The position numbers were made by a program, and so were the translations under genes. A stretch of 64,000 nucleotides of DNA from an uncultured Verrucomicrobiae bacterium (GTDB lineage Bacteria > Verrucomicrobiota > Verrucomicrobiia > Limisphaerales > Palsa-1400): positions 3,360,001 through 3,424,000 of the forward strand of contig CAVXRD010000002.1 of NCBI GenBank assembly GCA_963764165.1, in the 5' to 3' direction. Positions 10,666-20,686 of the stretch are shown here, one piece after another. The first letter of the stretch is position 1, and every line of letters begins with the position of its first letter. Under the pieces are notes generated by a model, which had not been told where the DNA came from, did not search any database, and saw nothing but the letters and a program-made list of their open reading frames with translations.

Positions 10666-11727
10666 CTACTTGACTGGCGCCGCCATGGCGCCCGCGGCCG
10701 GCAGGTTGTAGGCGGGGTCGAGAATTTTCACGTCGGCGTCGGATTTAATTTTTCTCAAGTAGTCAGGGAGCACCTTTTCAGCGGCTTGCTCGATAAGATA
10801 ACCGCGGATGTCAGGCTCGGCTTTGGCATAATCGACCGTGCTGGCGGGGGTTTTCTCGAGGAGCTTGATGATATGGTAGCCAAACTTCGTTTCAACCAGA
10901 TCGCTGATTTGGTTGGTTTTCATGGAAAATGCGGCTGCCTCAAACTCCGGCACCATCTGGCCGCGGGTGAAATCATATTCGCCCCCCTTGCTCTTGGAGC
11001 CAGGGTCATCCGAATATTTCATGACCAGCGCCGCGAAATCCTCGCCCTTTTGCGCCCGGGCTTCGATCTCCTTGGCCAATTTCAATTTGTCCTTTTTCAC
11101 ATCCGGCGGAAGGGGCTGCTGGGTCGCCGGATCCAAGGTGCCGATCAGGATGTGGGCGGCTTTGACATGCTCCGCAATTTTAAATTTCTCCGGGTAATCC
11201 GCGTAGAATTTCTTGACGTCCTCGTCCGGTATCACGATGCCATTGGTGGTGTCATGCACGAGCACGCGGCGGCATACCTGCTCCTCAAACATTTTGTTGA
11301 CCACCTGGTCGTAAGTCATGCCGGTGGCTTTGATCTCCAGGTCAAACGCCTCCTGGCTGCCGGCCCGCTGGCGCGCGTCGGCGATGTCGTCGTCCACCTT
11401 TTTCTTGATGGCGGCCTTGTCGCTCTCGCCGGCCTTCTTGATCAGAATATTGTTGACGATGATATGGTCCAGCAGCTTCGCGCGGACGGTCGGCTTGTCC
11501 GCCTCGGGAATGGAGCGGCCCGCCGAGGCGACATTGGCGTTATAATTGACAAACGCCTCGTCCACCTGGCTGCGCTTGACCTCGAAACCTTTGCCGGTGG
11601 CAAGGACAGGATCGGTGAACAGGGCTGCATCGTTCGTCGGCGCGGCTTGAACCGAGGCGGGAAATTGCAGCAGCGCGGAAAGAAGAAGCGCCGGAACAGC
11701 CGGCGATTTGAATAAACGGATCATCAT
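10666..11727 (-). CDS. Parvulin-type peptidyl-prolyl isomerase (PrsA/SurA-like foldase)
   Basis: Signal peptide; AAHILI, DFAALVMKYSDDPGS, MVPEFEAAAF, TKFGYHII rotamase motifs. Confidence 0.9.
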   Translation of the reverse strand: MMIRLFKSPAVPALLLSALLQFPASVQAAPTNDAALFTDPVLATGKGFEVKRSQVDEAFVNYNANVASAGRSIPEADKPTVRAKLLDHIIVNNILIKKAGESDKAAIKKKVDDDIADARQRAGSQEAFDLEIKATGMTYDQVVNKMFEEQVCRRVLVHDTTNGIVIPDEDVKKFYADYPEKFKIAEHVKAAHILIGTLDPATQQPLPPDVKKDKLKLAKEIEARAQKGEDFAALVMKYSDDPGSKSKGGEYDFTRGQMVPEFEAAAFSMKTNQISDLVETKFGYHIIKLLEKTPASTVDYAKAEPDIRGYLIEQAAEKVLPDYLRKIKSDADVKILDPAYNLPAAGAMAAPVK

Positions 11728-11760
11728 ATTCTATAGGTTCTTTGCAAAGTTAAGCTTGAA

Positions 11761-13356
11761 TTAAAGTTTTACCACCCGGACATTGCCGATGTCAGGATCC
11801 TTCTGGACTTCCTCCACCAGGGCAGCGGGCGGAACGCTGTCCAGGTTCAGCACAGTCAGGGCGCGGCCGCCGGCTTTGTCGCGGCCGAGGCTCATGCTGG
11901 CGATGTTTACATTATGCTTGCCCATCACAGTTCCAATGTATCCCACGATGCCCGGACGGTCGCGGTTCGTCATTAAAAATAAAACCCCTTCCGGAACAAT
12001 CTCCACCGGCTGCCCGTTGAGCCGGACAATGCGCGGCTGGTTCTTCGCGCCGAACACACTGCCTCCGGCGGAAGTGCGCTCGGCCCCGGAATACACCGCC
12101 ACATGCAGCCATTCGTTGAAATCCGTCTCTTCGCTCGACTTGATTTCCTTCACGTCAATTCCCAGCGCGGCGGCCATGGCCAAGACGTTGACTTGGTTGA
12201 CCTCCTTGCCGCCGGCCAGTTCGAGAAAACCCTTCAAGACGGCGCGGGTGATCGGATCGGCCGGCCATTGCTGGGCCTTGCCGCCGTAGGTAATCTCGAT
12301 GCGGTCGTTGCGGCGCGGCGCAAGCTGTGCGGTGATGCGGCCTAATTTTTCCCCGAGCGTCACAAATGGCTTGATGGCCGCGAACGTCTGGGCATCGAGA
12401 TTCGGCAAGTTGACGGCGTTGCGAACAGCGCCGCTGATGAGAAAATCCGTAATGGCCTCGGCCACTTCAATGCCGACGTTTTCCTGCGCCTCCTCCGTGC
12501 TGGCGCCGAGGTGCGGCGTCATGACGACTTGCGGGAGAGCGCGAAGATCGAAATCAGCGGCGGGCGGCTCGGTCTCGTAGACGTCCAGCGCGGCCCCGCC
12601 AATTTTGCCTTCCTGAATTGCGGTGAACAAATCCGCTTCGTTGATGATGCCGCCGCGGGCGCAATTCAAAATGCGCGCTCCCTTCTTCATTTTCGCAAAG
12701 GCGGCGGCGTTGACCATCCCTTTGGTTTCCTCCGTCATAGGCATGTGAACCGTGATGAAATCGGCGACCGCGTAAACTTCCTCGACATGCTCCTTGAGAT
12801 CGACTTGCAGTGCTTTGGCGCGGGCGAGAGAAAGATAAGGATCGTAAGCAACCACTTTCATGCCGAAGGCGAGCGCGCGCTTGGCGACTTCGCCGCCGAT
12901 GCGGCCCATGCCGAGAATGCCGAGCGTTTTGTTGAGGAGTTCGGTGCCTTGAAATTCCTTGCGGCTCCATTTGCCTTCCTTCATGGACATGTGGGCCTGC
13001 GGAATCTTCCGCGCCACCGCCATCAGCATGGAAAAGGTCAGCTCGGCAGTGGAAATCGTGTTTCCGCCCGGCGTGTTCATGACCACGATGCCGCGCTGGG
13101 TGGCGGCTTCGACATCCACATTGTCCACCCCGACGCCCGCGCGGCCGACGACGCGCAAGTGGGGAGCGGCCTCGATGACGGCTTTGGAAATCTTGGTTTC
13201 GGAGCGCACGACCATGGCGTGGACATCCTTGACCATCGCCAAAAGCTCCGACTCGGGAGTCTTTTGCTTCAGCACCGTCACGTTAAATTCAGACCGCTGC
13301 TGCAACATCGCAATGCCCTTAGGCGAAATCGGATCACAAACCAATACGTTCATCAT
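11761..13356 (-). CDS. serA: D-3-phosphoglycerate dehydrogenase
   Basis: VGRAGVGVDNVD, GMGRIG, ARGG, TPHLGAST; C-terminal ACT domain (DRPGIVG...NIASMSLGR); start moved to MMNVLVCD. Confidence 0.95.
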   Translation of the reverse strand: MMNVLVCDPISPKGIAMLQQRSEFNVTVLKQKTPESELLAMVKDVHAMVVRSETKISKAVIEAAPHLRVVGRAGVGVDNVDVEAATQRGIVVMNTPGGNTISTAELTFSMLMAVARKIPQAHMSMKEGKWSRKEFQGTELLNKTLGILGMGRIGGEVAKRALAFGMKVVAYDPYLSLARAKALQVDLKEHVEEVYAVADFITVHMPMTEETKGMVNAAAFAKMKKGARILNCARGGIINEADLFTAIQEGKIGGAALDVYETEPPAADFDLRALPQVVMTPHLGASTEEAQENVGIEVAEAITDFLISGAVRNAVNLPNLDAQTFAAIKPFVTLGEKLGRITAQLAPRRNDRIEITYGGKAQQWPADPITRAVLKGFLELAGGKEVNQVNVLAMAAALGIDVKEIKSSEETDFNEWLHVAVYSGAERTSAGGSVFGAKNQPRIVRLNGQPVEIVPEGVLFLMTNRDRPGIVGYIGTVMGKHNVNIASMSLGRDKAGGRALTVLNLDSVPPAALVEEVQKDPDIGNVRVVKL

Positions 13357-13609
13357 AAATTGGTTTGCCAATCTATGCCGCGGGTTCAGCGGGGTCAATA
13401 AAATCGCCGCAGCGAAAAGGCGCGAAAGGCAGGGACGCCTCTGGGAAGCGGAACTTCCGCCCGAGGCGTCCGGTGACGCGGGATCAATGCCAAAGCGTTC
13501 GAGTGAACACCTCAATCCAGACGCCTCGTTTATCGCGCCGAAGCTTTAGCGAAGGCTGGACCGAGGCGTTACCCCAAAAGCGACAACGACAATTTGCCGG
13601 AACGGTCTT

Positions 13610-13679
13610 AACAGAAGGAAAAGAAGCGAACGAAGCCGCCATGAGCCGCCCTCCTTCGTTTGCTTTGTTTCCTTCTGTT
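13610..13679. repeat. Periodic inverted-repeat element (26-bp arms)
   Basis: aacagaaggaaaagaagcgaacgaag (13610-13635) versus the reverse complement of 13654-13679; 23/26 match. Confidence 0.8.
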
Positions 13680-13767
13680 GGTTCTTCATTGGATGTGCAT
13701 GTAATCTCCAAAAACCCGTTAGGCTTCTTGGTGTTCATTTGCTTGGCGCAATCCATTTCAGTGGCCG

Positions 13768-14829
13768 CTAATTATCCAACTTCAATTTCGGACGGTGCCA
13801 GAGGTATTTGCCCTCGACAGATTTTTGCGGGGTCACACCCATCATGCGCCGCGCTTCGCCGATGACGTAATCCCACTGCAATGCCGGGCCTGGGTCGACT
13901 TTGTTCGTTTGCACGTGATAGTGGCCAAGGATGCCGTGGTAATTGGCGTAAGCCTCCGGCGAAAGGGTGTGGGTCATCAGTGCGCCGTCGGCCTCGCGCG
14001 GATAATCGCAGGTGAGGTTTGGGAATACGGTGCAGAGCGTGGCGGTCAATTTCACCAGCGCGTGATATTGCTGGGGGGTGAAATCGTATTGGCTCATCTC
14101 GCGCCCCTGCACCGTGCCCACGACCATGTCGCGGCGGGCCGGGCGGCCGACAAAATTCGCGGTGCGTTCCGGATTGGGTCCGGCGGCTTCCGGAATAGTG
14201 ATGACGGTGCGGCCGTCGTCCTCTTTTTTATACCACTTGGATAGCGGGCTTCTTTCGGTGGAACTGTAGGAACCCATGTTGGCGATTTCAATGCCGACCG
14301 AACGCGAATTGGCGATGGTGGCCTGGCGGGCGCGTTCTTTCAGGTCAAGCGTCTGATAAAGCGTGCCGTCGAGGTCGAGCATGAAGTGGACGCTTAGATC
14401 GCGATTGTCCTGCAAAACCTTGAAGCAGGTGCGGGAGATGCCGGCCACGTCAAAATGAATGACGAATTGGTCGACGTTGGATTGCAGCGTCGGCAAATCC
14501 CAGCCGCCGCCGCGGATGCGCTCGATTGTCGCGGCATCGAAATTCCGGTTGCGCATGTCGTAACGATTGGGGGAACGCGGGGAGTCCAAGTTGGTTTGCG
14601 AGTCTTTGAAGCTGGCGTTGGTGAAGGGGCCAAAGCGGCGTTCAACGCGATAAGCATCGTAGCCACCTGGATCCATCCAAAGCACGACAGGTGTGCCGGT
14701 GTGGAAAAATTGCCCTGCCACGACAATCTCGTCGCCCGAGCGTTTCTCCAGGGTTCCCGGAGTGTGGCACAAACAGCCGGTCATCAAAACCGGCGCCAGC
14801 AGGAAAAGACAAAAGCGTTTCAGCAGCAT
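13768..14829 (-). CDS. Lipoprotein N-acetylmuramoyl-L-alanine amidase (Amidase_2 family)
   Basis: Lipobox-like LMTGC; VIHFD, SVHFMLD, SVGIEIAN, GHYHVQTNKVDPG zinc-amidase motifs. Confidence 0.85.
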   Translation of the reverse strand: MLLKRFCLFLLAPVLMTGCLCHTPGTLEKRSGDEIVVAGQFFHTGTPVVLWMDPGGYDAYRVERRFGPFTNASFKDSQTNLDSPRSPNRYDMRNRNFDAATIERIRGGGWDLPTLQSNVDQFVIHFDVAGISRTCFKVLQDNRDLSVHFMLDLDGTLYQTLDLKERARQATIANSRSVGIEIANMGSYSSTERSPLSKWYKKEDDGRTVITIPEAAGPNPERTANFVGRPARRDMVVGTVQGREMSQYDFTPQQYHALVKLTATLCTVFPNLTCDYPREADGALMTHTLSPEAYANYHGILGHYHVQTNKVDPGPALQWDYVIGEARRMMGVTPQKSVEGKYLWHRPKLKLDN

Positions 14830-15077
14830 CCAGTTATTTGCAAGGATGGCGCACGCGGGTCAAGCGCGGAATGGGAGTGAGGCAAAATTCGGGCGCCGGA
14901 CAAAATCAGCCCGCCAGAGGCGGGACGCCTTTGCCACCGCCGATGACCCCAGCGGCATGAAGAAATTCGTCACACTCCCGGGTGGAAGCGGGATTTTTTG
15001 CGTCTTGATATGATTCTCCAAATGCGGGAGATTTATGCCCCGTTCAATGTCTGCGTTTTGATGATCACATTTTTATT

Positions 15078-15317
15078 ATGAGCGATCCTGTTGTTTGCCA
15101 GAAGTTTCCCATGGTGCAAAACGTGGAACCCGGCGATTATTGGTGGTGTTCCTGCGGGAAGTCCGCCACCCAGCCGTTTTGCGATGGGTCGCACAAAGGA
15201 TCCTCGTTTGCGCCGGTCAAAGTGACGATTGATGCGGCCAGGACCGCCGCCTGGTGCGCCTGCAAGCATTCGCAGAACAAGCCCTTTTGCGACGGCAGCC
15301 ACAGCCGTTTGCCGTAG
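15078..15317 (+). CDS. CDGSH iron-sulfur protein with two CDGSH motifs (MiNT/CISD3-like)
   Basis: CSCGKSATQPFCDGSH and CACKHSQNKPFCDGSH. Confidence 0.95.
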   Translation: MSDPVVCQKFPMVQNVEPGDYWWCSCGKSATQPFCDGSHKGSSFAPVKVTIDAARTAAWCACKHSQNKPFCDGSHSRLP

Positions 15318-15320
15318 CTC

Positions 15321-16151
15321 ATGACGCACGATATGCGACCGGCATTCGGCAGAGCGAGGCTCCTGCCGAGCCATCTTGACACACGAGGCATGGCTCGGCG
15401 GAAGCCTTGCCCTGCCGCGCCTCCGGCGTGCGGTTACCCATCCGCGTTCACGCTGATTGAGCTGCTCGTTGTCATCGCGATCATCGCCATTCTTGCCGCG
15501 CTTTTGCTGCCCGCCCTGGCGCGGTCCAAAGAGGAAGCCAAGCGCGCCCAATGCTCGAGCAACCAGCACCAAATCTCGCTCGGCTGGATCATGTATGCCG
15601 ACGATAGCGGCGACTGGTATCCGTGGATGCGCGGCTGGGCCGCCGCCGGAGGGCAGAAAGGCACCTACAATCTTGATAGCTACGTGGAAGAGTCCTTTGG
15701 GGTGACGACCCTTCCGGCGAATCGCCCGCTCAATCGATATGTCCCCAGCATTTCGGCCTGGCAATGCCCCTCCGACAAGGGAGACGCCAATTACGGCGCA
15801 GTTAATTGCTTCCTGGGATACGGCAACAGCTATTGCCCGGAGCACGTTTTCGATGTTTGGCGGGTGGCGCACATCACGGCGGACCTGGACGATAGCTGGG
15901 ATAACGGCGCGGTGCCGATCAAGGGCCGGGAGATCGCCAAAAGCCCTGTCAATAAAATTATTCAAGGTGACTGGGAGTGGGAAAACCAGAGCTACAATAT
16001 CACCACCAATGCGGGCTGGCATAACTTCAAGGGGCAGCGGCGGTATAACATGCTCTTTGGCGATGGGCACGTGGCATTTTATTTATTTCCAACCAATACG
16101 CCATCTTTCCAGGACGGCCCGGCGCCAACATCCACGTTTATTTATTGGTGA
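15321..16151 (+). CDS. Prepilin-type N-terminal cleavage/methylation protein with H-X9-DG motif (DUF1559-like)
   Basis: [30 protein letters not shown]-terminal H...NMLFGDGHV; start codon uncertain (15321, 15333 or 15390). Confidence 0.9.
   Translation: MTHDMRPAFGRARLLPSHLDTRGMARRKPCPAAPPACGYPSAFTLIELLVVIAIIAILAALLLPALARSKEEAKRAQCSSNQHQISLGWIMYADDSGDWYPWMRGWAAAGGQKGTYNLDSYVEESFGVTTLPANRPLNRYVPSISAWQCPSDKGDANYGAVNCFLGYGNSYCPEHVFDVWRVAHITADLDDSWDNGAVPIKGREIAKSPVNKIIQGDWEWENQSYNITTNAGWHNFKGQRRYNMLFGDGHVAFYLFPTNTPSFQDGPAPTSTFIYW
15347..15417. repeat. GTAG/GCAG-type REP doublet inside the 5' end of the prepilin-like CDS
   Basis: Arms cggcagagcgaggctcctgccgagcca (15347-15373) and tggctcggcggaagccttgccctgccg (15391-15417); nearly identical to the intergenic copy at 46301. 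Confidence 0.85.
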
Positions 16152-16167
16152 TGCTTGCGGGGCGGTT

Positions 16168-17298
16168 TCACTCCCGTTTCTTAATCAGGAAGAGAAACTC
16201 CTTGTTCGGCGCCTCCGCCTCTTGAACCCATTCGTTGGTCCAGCGCATGCCCGCCATGACGTTTCGCCGATAATCGATTTCCACCGTTTCCCGAACCGTC
16301 CCGACTTTCCGGAAAACGTCATTCAATTCTTCAGCCGTGGCGCGTCCGCCGGAGCTGTAGGAAAGCACGATGTGCCGGGCGCGGGCATTCCGCAGCAGGC
16401 GCTCTACCGCTTCCACGGCGACGAACCGCCCCGCCTCGTTTTTTCGGAAATCCTCGAAGGGCGAGCCGGCGGCCAAATCAGAACTGTCGGCGCGCCGGTT
16501 TGCTTTTCCGAACACCGCTGGCTTGTCATTCAAGCAAACCGTTTTCCACAGGTGATAATACGCCGCGTAGCGCACCCGGCTGGCCGGCATCTTTTTGTTG
16601 TTCGAACCGTAGGGAGGATCGAAATAGGCGAGATCGGCCTCAACTTCCGGGAGCAGCGAAAAAATATCTGATTGATAAACCGCGCTCCCTTCCGCGGGCG
16701 GAATGAAATTCGGAAGCCCCAATTGGATCTCACGGAAAGACCGCGGAGACCAGCGGCTCAAATACGAGGCGTGATGCCCCACCGTGCTGTCGACCGCGTC
16801 CAGCGCCAGGATCAGACTTGTCAAGAGAACGCACTTCTCGACCTCCGAGAGCGGCATCCGCTCCATTTCTTCGCGCATGGAGTCGAGGCGGCGCGTGTTG
16901 TGGATTTGCCATGGTCGTTTCGCGTCGGCGGGCCGCGGCGATTCATTTTGCGAAGATGCGCCGCCGTAATGTTCCGTAAACCAGCCATCGCGCCCCGGCA
17001 GCGCGTTGAGATGTCTGATCATGGGAGCGTAATGTTCGGCCGGACGCGCGTTGAGCAGATAGCAAGTCCCGAAAACCTTCGACCACACGGCAACATCATT
17101 CGCCACCACGGAATAACCCGCCCGCGCCAGCGCCTGGGCGACGCGGGTTGTCCCAGAAAAGCCGTCCAGGACAGTTTTAGGTTTGACCTTTGCGACCAGT
17201 TGAAGAATCGCCGGGAGCAATCGCAGCTTTGAGCCGGCATACTTGATGCCTTCGGTGACGGGCGCGGCGCCATTAAAATTGCCAGCAAATGTTTGCAT
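16168..17298 (-). CDS. N6-adenine DNA methyltransferase (D12/Dam-FokI-like), orphan
   Basis: YAGSK, LDGFSGT (SAM binding), YFDPPY (catalytic), LSYS; start moved to MQTFAG. Confidence 0.85.
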   Translation of the reverse strand: MQTFAGNFNGAAPVTEGIKYAGSKLRLLPAILQLVAKVKPKTVLDGFSGTTRVAQALARAGYSVVANDVAVWSKVFGTCYLLNARPAEHYAPMIRHLNALPGRDGWFTEHYGGASSQNESPRPADAKRPWQIHNTRRLDSMREEMERMPLSEVEKCVLLTSLILALDAVDSTVGHHASYLSRWSPRSFREIQLGLPNFIPPAEGSAVYQSDIFSLLPEVEADLAYFDPPYGSNNKKMPASRVRYAAYYHLWKTVCLNDKPAVFGKANRRADSSDLAAGSPFEDFRKNEAGRFVAVEAVERLLRNARARHIVLSYSSGGRATAEELNDVFRKVGTVRETVEIDYRRNVMAGMRWTNEWVQEAEAPNKEFLFLIKKRE

Positions 17299-17324
17299 CC
17301 TGGCCCCCGCCGCGCTGCTCCAAA

Positions 17325-18221
17325 CTAACTTACCATCCAATTCATGATCGCCTTCTGGCAATGCAAGCGGTTGCCAGCCTGATCGAAAATGGTTTCGGCG
17401 TTGGCCTCGAAGGTGGCCTCGTCGATTTCCTTGCCGCGGTAGGCAGGAAGGCAGTGCATCACCAGCGCGCCGGGATTGGCGAGCTTGACGAGAGTCTCGT
17501 TCAATTGATAGCCAGCCAGGTCGCGAATTCTTTCGGCCGACTCCGTTTCCTTGCCCATTGAAACCCAGACATCCGTATACAAGAGATCCGCCCCTCGCGC
17601 GGCGCCGCGCACATCTTCGGTGCAAATGATTTTCCCGCCGGACCGTTTTACAAGCTCGGGCGATGGCTGGAATTTTTTCGGGGCGGCGATGCGCAATTCA
17701 AAATCCAGCGCCGCTGCCGCAAAAATCCAGGAGGCCGCCACATTGCACGCGCCATCGCCAATGAACACAACGCGCTTGCCCGTGATGGGGCCGCGTTTTT
17801 CCTGGTAGGTGAAAATATCTGTTAAAATCTGGCACGGATGCTCCTGGTCGGTCAGCGCGTTGATCGTCGGGAGACGGGAGAATTGGGCGAACTCCTCGAC
17901 ATCAAATTGCGCGTAGGTGCGGATGACCGCGCCGTGAATCATCTTGCCGAGGACGCGTGCGGTGTCCTTGATCGGCTCGCCGCGGCCGAGCTGCACCTCG
18001 ATATTGCTCAGGAACATGACCTCGCCGCCCAGCTCGCGAATGCCGACTTCAAACGAGACGCGCGTGCGGGTGGACGACTTCGAGAAGAGCAGAGCCCAAA
18101 TTTTTCCCTTCAGCGGGAATGACGTGTGGCGGCCGCGCTCCTTTTTCATGGGAGCCGAGGCGGCAAGGATTTCCTCCATGTCCCGCCGCGTCATTTTTTC
18201 GAGGCTTAATACGTTTTTCAT
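17325..18221 (-). CDS. argF: Ornithine carbamoyltransferase
   Basis: STRTRVSF, HPCQ, TDVWVSMG, HCLP. Confidence 0.95.
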   Translation of the reverse strand: MKNVLSLEKMTRRDMEEILAASAPMKKERGRHTSFPLKGKIWALLFSKSSTRTRVSFEVGIRELGGEVMFLSNIEVQLGRGEPIKDTARVLGKMIHGAVIRTYAQFDVEEFAQFSRLPTINALTDQEHPCQILTDIFTYQEKRGPITGKRVVFIGDGACNVAASWIFAAAALDFELRIAAPKKFQPSPELVKRSGGKIICTEDVRGAARGADLLYTDVWVSMGKETESAERIRDLAGYQLNETLVKLANPGALVMHCLPAYRGKEIDEATFEANAETIFDQAGNRLHCQKAIMNWMVS

Positions 18222-19516
18222 GGCGACAATTTTGTTGCGACCGATTCAATCAGCCGGACAGCTTCCACTGCTTCGGCATGAGACAAATTCAATGGCGGCA
18301 GGAAACGGATGACGCGCGTTCCCGCCGGAACAGCCAGCACGCCCGCTTCATGCAGCAAGTTGACGAACTGGATCGCCGCCGCTTTTTCGCTTCCGGCAAA
18401 GGCGGGGATCTTTTCCGCCAGCTCAATGCCAATCATTAGACCAAGCCCGCGCACCTGGCTCACGATATTTGGGAGCTTGGCGGCGATGCGATGGAATTCC
18501 GCGACAATAAAATCACCCATCCCGCGTGCGTTCGCAGCCAGGCCATCGCGCTCGATGACTTCAAACACCTTCAATGCCACCGCGCAAGCCAGCGGGCCGC
18601 CGCCATAGGTGCTGCCGTGGGAGCCGGGCCCCAGCAAATCCGCAAACGGCGCCCTTGCCCAAAACGCGCCAATCGGAAAACCGCCGCCCAGCGCTTTCGC
18701 CATGGAAATGCCGTCCGGCAGAAAGCTTTCGGCCTCCGGCGAAGGCGCGCCTTCGAGAATGCGCTGGTAGCTTTGAAACCGGCCGGTCCGAAAATGGCCG
18801 CATTGCACCGAATCCATCAACAGCAGCAATTTCCTTTCGTTGCACAGCTTGCGCAGGCCCAAAAGATATTCGGGCGTGGCGGGCGTGACGCCGCCTTCGC
18901 CCTGCACGCCTTCAATCAAAATCGCCGCCGTGGAAGGGGAGATCGCGTTGCGCGCCGCTTCCAAATCATTGTAGGGAATGTGGCGGAATCCCGGCACCAT
19001 CGGTTCAAAACCCTTCTTGACCTTCGCCTGGCCGGTCGCCGAAATTCCCGCCAGCGTGCGGCCGTGAAAGGAGTTTTCCGCGGTGAGAATTTCGAAGCGG
19101 CCTTCGTCGTGGCCAAATTTCCGGGCCAATTTGAAAAGCCCTTCCGCCGCTTCGCCGCCGCTGTTGCAGAAAAAAACTTTTCCAGGGCCGATGCTGGCGA
19201 CCAGCTTTTCGGCGAGCAAACCTTGCGGGCGCTGGTAATAGAGATTGGAAATGTGCGATAGCTTTCCCGATTGCTCGATCAACGCGGCGGTAATATCCGG
19301 CGAAGCATGGCCGAGGGCGCACACCGCAATGCCGCCGCCGAGATCAAGGTAGCTCTTGCCGTTGACATCCCACACACGCGAGCCTTCGCCGCGCTCGAGC
19401 GCGATATCGAACCGCCCATAGGACGGAATGACGTTCTTGCGAAACCGATCCTGGATGGATTGGAATTCGTTTCTGACGACGGCGGCGGAGGGAGGGGGTG
19501 ATAGGATTTCTCTCAT
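18218..19516 (-). CDS. argD: Acetylornithine aminotransferase
   Basis: Class III PLP aminotransferase (SFHGRT, EGVQGEGG, AKALGGG); lies between argB and argF. Confidence 0.9.
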   Translation of the reverse strand: MREILSPPPSAAVVRNEFQSIQDRFRKNVIPSYGRFDIALERGEGSRVWDVNGKSYLDLGGGIAVCALGHASPDITAALIEQSGKLSHISNLYYQRPQGLLAEKLVASIGPGKVFFCNSGGEAAEGLFKLARKFGHDEGRFEILTAENSFHGRTLAGISATGQAKVKKGFEPMVPGFRHIPYNDLEAARNAISPSTAAILIEGVQGEGGVTPATPEYLLGLRKLCNERKLLLLMDSVQCGHFRTGRFQSYQRILEGAPSPEAESFLPDGISMAKALGGGFPIGAFWARAPFADLLGPGSHGSTYGGGPLACAVALKVFEVIERDGLAANARGMGDFIVAEFHRIAAKLPNIVSQVRGLGLMIGIELAEKIPAFAGSEKAAAIQFVNLLHEAGVLAVPAGTRVIRFLPPLNLSHAEAVEAVRLIESVATKLSP

Positions 19517-19683
19517 TTTTCAGATCGCGCGAAAGGGGCCCGTGGCTGCGGAACCGGGCTGCGGCAAAGCCACCAGCGCCGTGTCCGCGCCAGTTGCTTT
19601 GAGCAAATTGAATGCTTCACCGATTAACATAAAAAGCAATGATGCTATATTGTCGATTGCCATTCAATCCCAGCCGCCAAAAA

Positions 19684-20559
19684 TTACGCGACCAATTCCG
19701 TGCCGATTCCTTCGTCGGTAAGAATCTCCAGCAGCACCGCGTGAGGCACGCGTCCATCGACGAGCGACACTTTTTCCACACCCGCCTCCAAGGCGGCCAG
19801 GGCGGCGTCGATTTTGGGGATCATCCCCTTGTCAATAACACCGGATTTTTTCAGCGCCCGTGCCTCGGTTGCCGGAAGGCGCGAGATGAGTGTCGCGGGA
19901 TCTTTGGGATCGCGCATCACGCCGGGGACGTCGCTCATGAAAATCAGCCGGGGCGCGTTCAAATCGATGGCAAGGCGGGCGGCCGCGGTGTCGGCATTGC
20001 AATTGTAAAGCTCGCCGTTTTCGCCGCGCGCGGTCGGGCTGGTCACCGGCATGGTGGCGTTGCGAAGGCATTCAAGAATGGGCGCGATGTTGGCGGAAAC
20101 GGCTTCGCCGAGAAATCCCGCATCGAGCTTCTTTCCCTCGGGTGTGTCAATTAGAAGTTTGCGGGCCGCGAAAATGTCCGAGCCGGAAAAGCCTTTTGCC
20201 TTCCCGCCCAGCGCCGCGATGGCGGCCACGACTTCCGGATTGATCTCGCGCGAGAGGACGCGTTCGACCACTTGCATGGTGGGTTCGTCCGTCACGCGCA
20301 GGCCCTGGATGAAACTGGCTTTGAGGCCGGATTCCTCCATGGCCCGCGTGATAGCTTTGCCGCCACCGTGAACGACGACCGGGCGAATGCCCACCGCTTC
20401 AAGAAAAACCAAATCACGCGCCACCCCGGTGCGCACGTCGGGATCCGGCGAATCCATGAAGCTGCCGCCGTACTTGATGACAAAAATCTTGCCGCGAAAG
20501 CGCTGCAGATAAGGCAGCGCTTCCAGGAGCACGCTCGCTTTGGAAATTAAATCCCGCAC
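19684..20559 (-). CDS. argB: Acetylglutamate kinase
   Basis: VIKYGGS, VVHGGG, GLRVTD, NCNAD, GMIPKI. Confidence 0.95.
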   Translation of the reverse strand: MRDLISKASVLLEALPYLQRFRGKIFVIKYGGSFMDSPDPDVRTGVARDLVFLEAVGIRPVVVHGGGKAITRAMEESGLKASFIQGLRVTDEPTMQVVERVLSREINPEVVAAIAALGGKAKGFSGSDIFAARKLLIDTPEGKKLDAGFLGEAVSANIAPILECLRNATMPVTSPTARGENGELYNCNADTAAARLAIDLNAPRLIFMSDVPGVMRDPKDPATLISRLPATEARALKKSGVIDKGMIPKIDAALAALEAGVEKVSLVDGRVPHAVLLEILTDEGIGTELVA

Positions 20560-20686
20560 GTAATAGTTTCAGATACGTCAACCCACGAGGTTTGCAACTT
20601 AAATTCTGGCGAAACCTTCCGTTGCCTCATGATCGGAATGCTGGCATCGTTTGCTGCGGCCTGTTGCTGACGCCACGACTCTAATT

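Noticed and set aside
13360..13600. Riboswitch or leader RNA upstream of serA
   Set aside because: The region looks like fragments of dispersed repeats (e.g. gccgaagctttagcgaaggc); no recognisable aptamer consensus. An Rfam scan would settle it
17299..17625. N-terminal extension of the methyltransferase ORF
   Set aside because: It overlaps argF out of frame; conserved motifs begin after 17298
19600..19680. ArgR (ARG box) operator between argB and argD
   Set aside because: The stretch is AT-rich but has no TGAAT-N4-ATTCA-like palindrome
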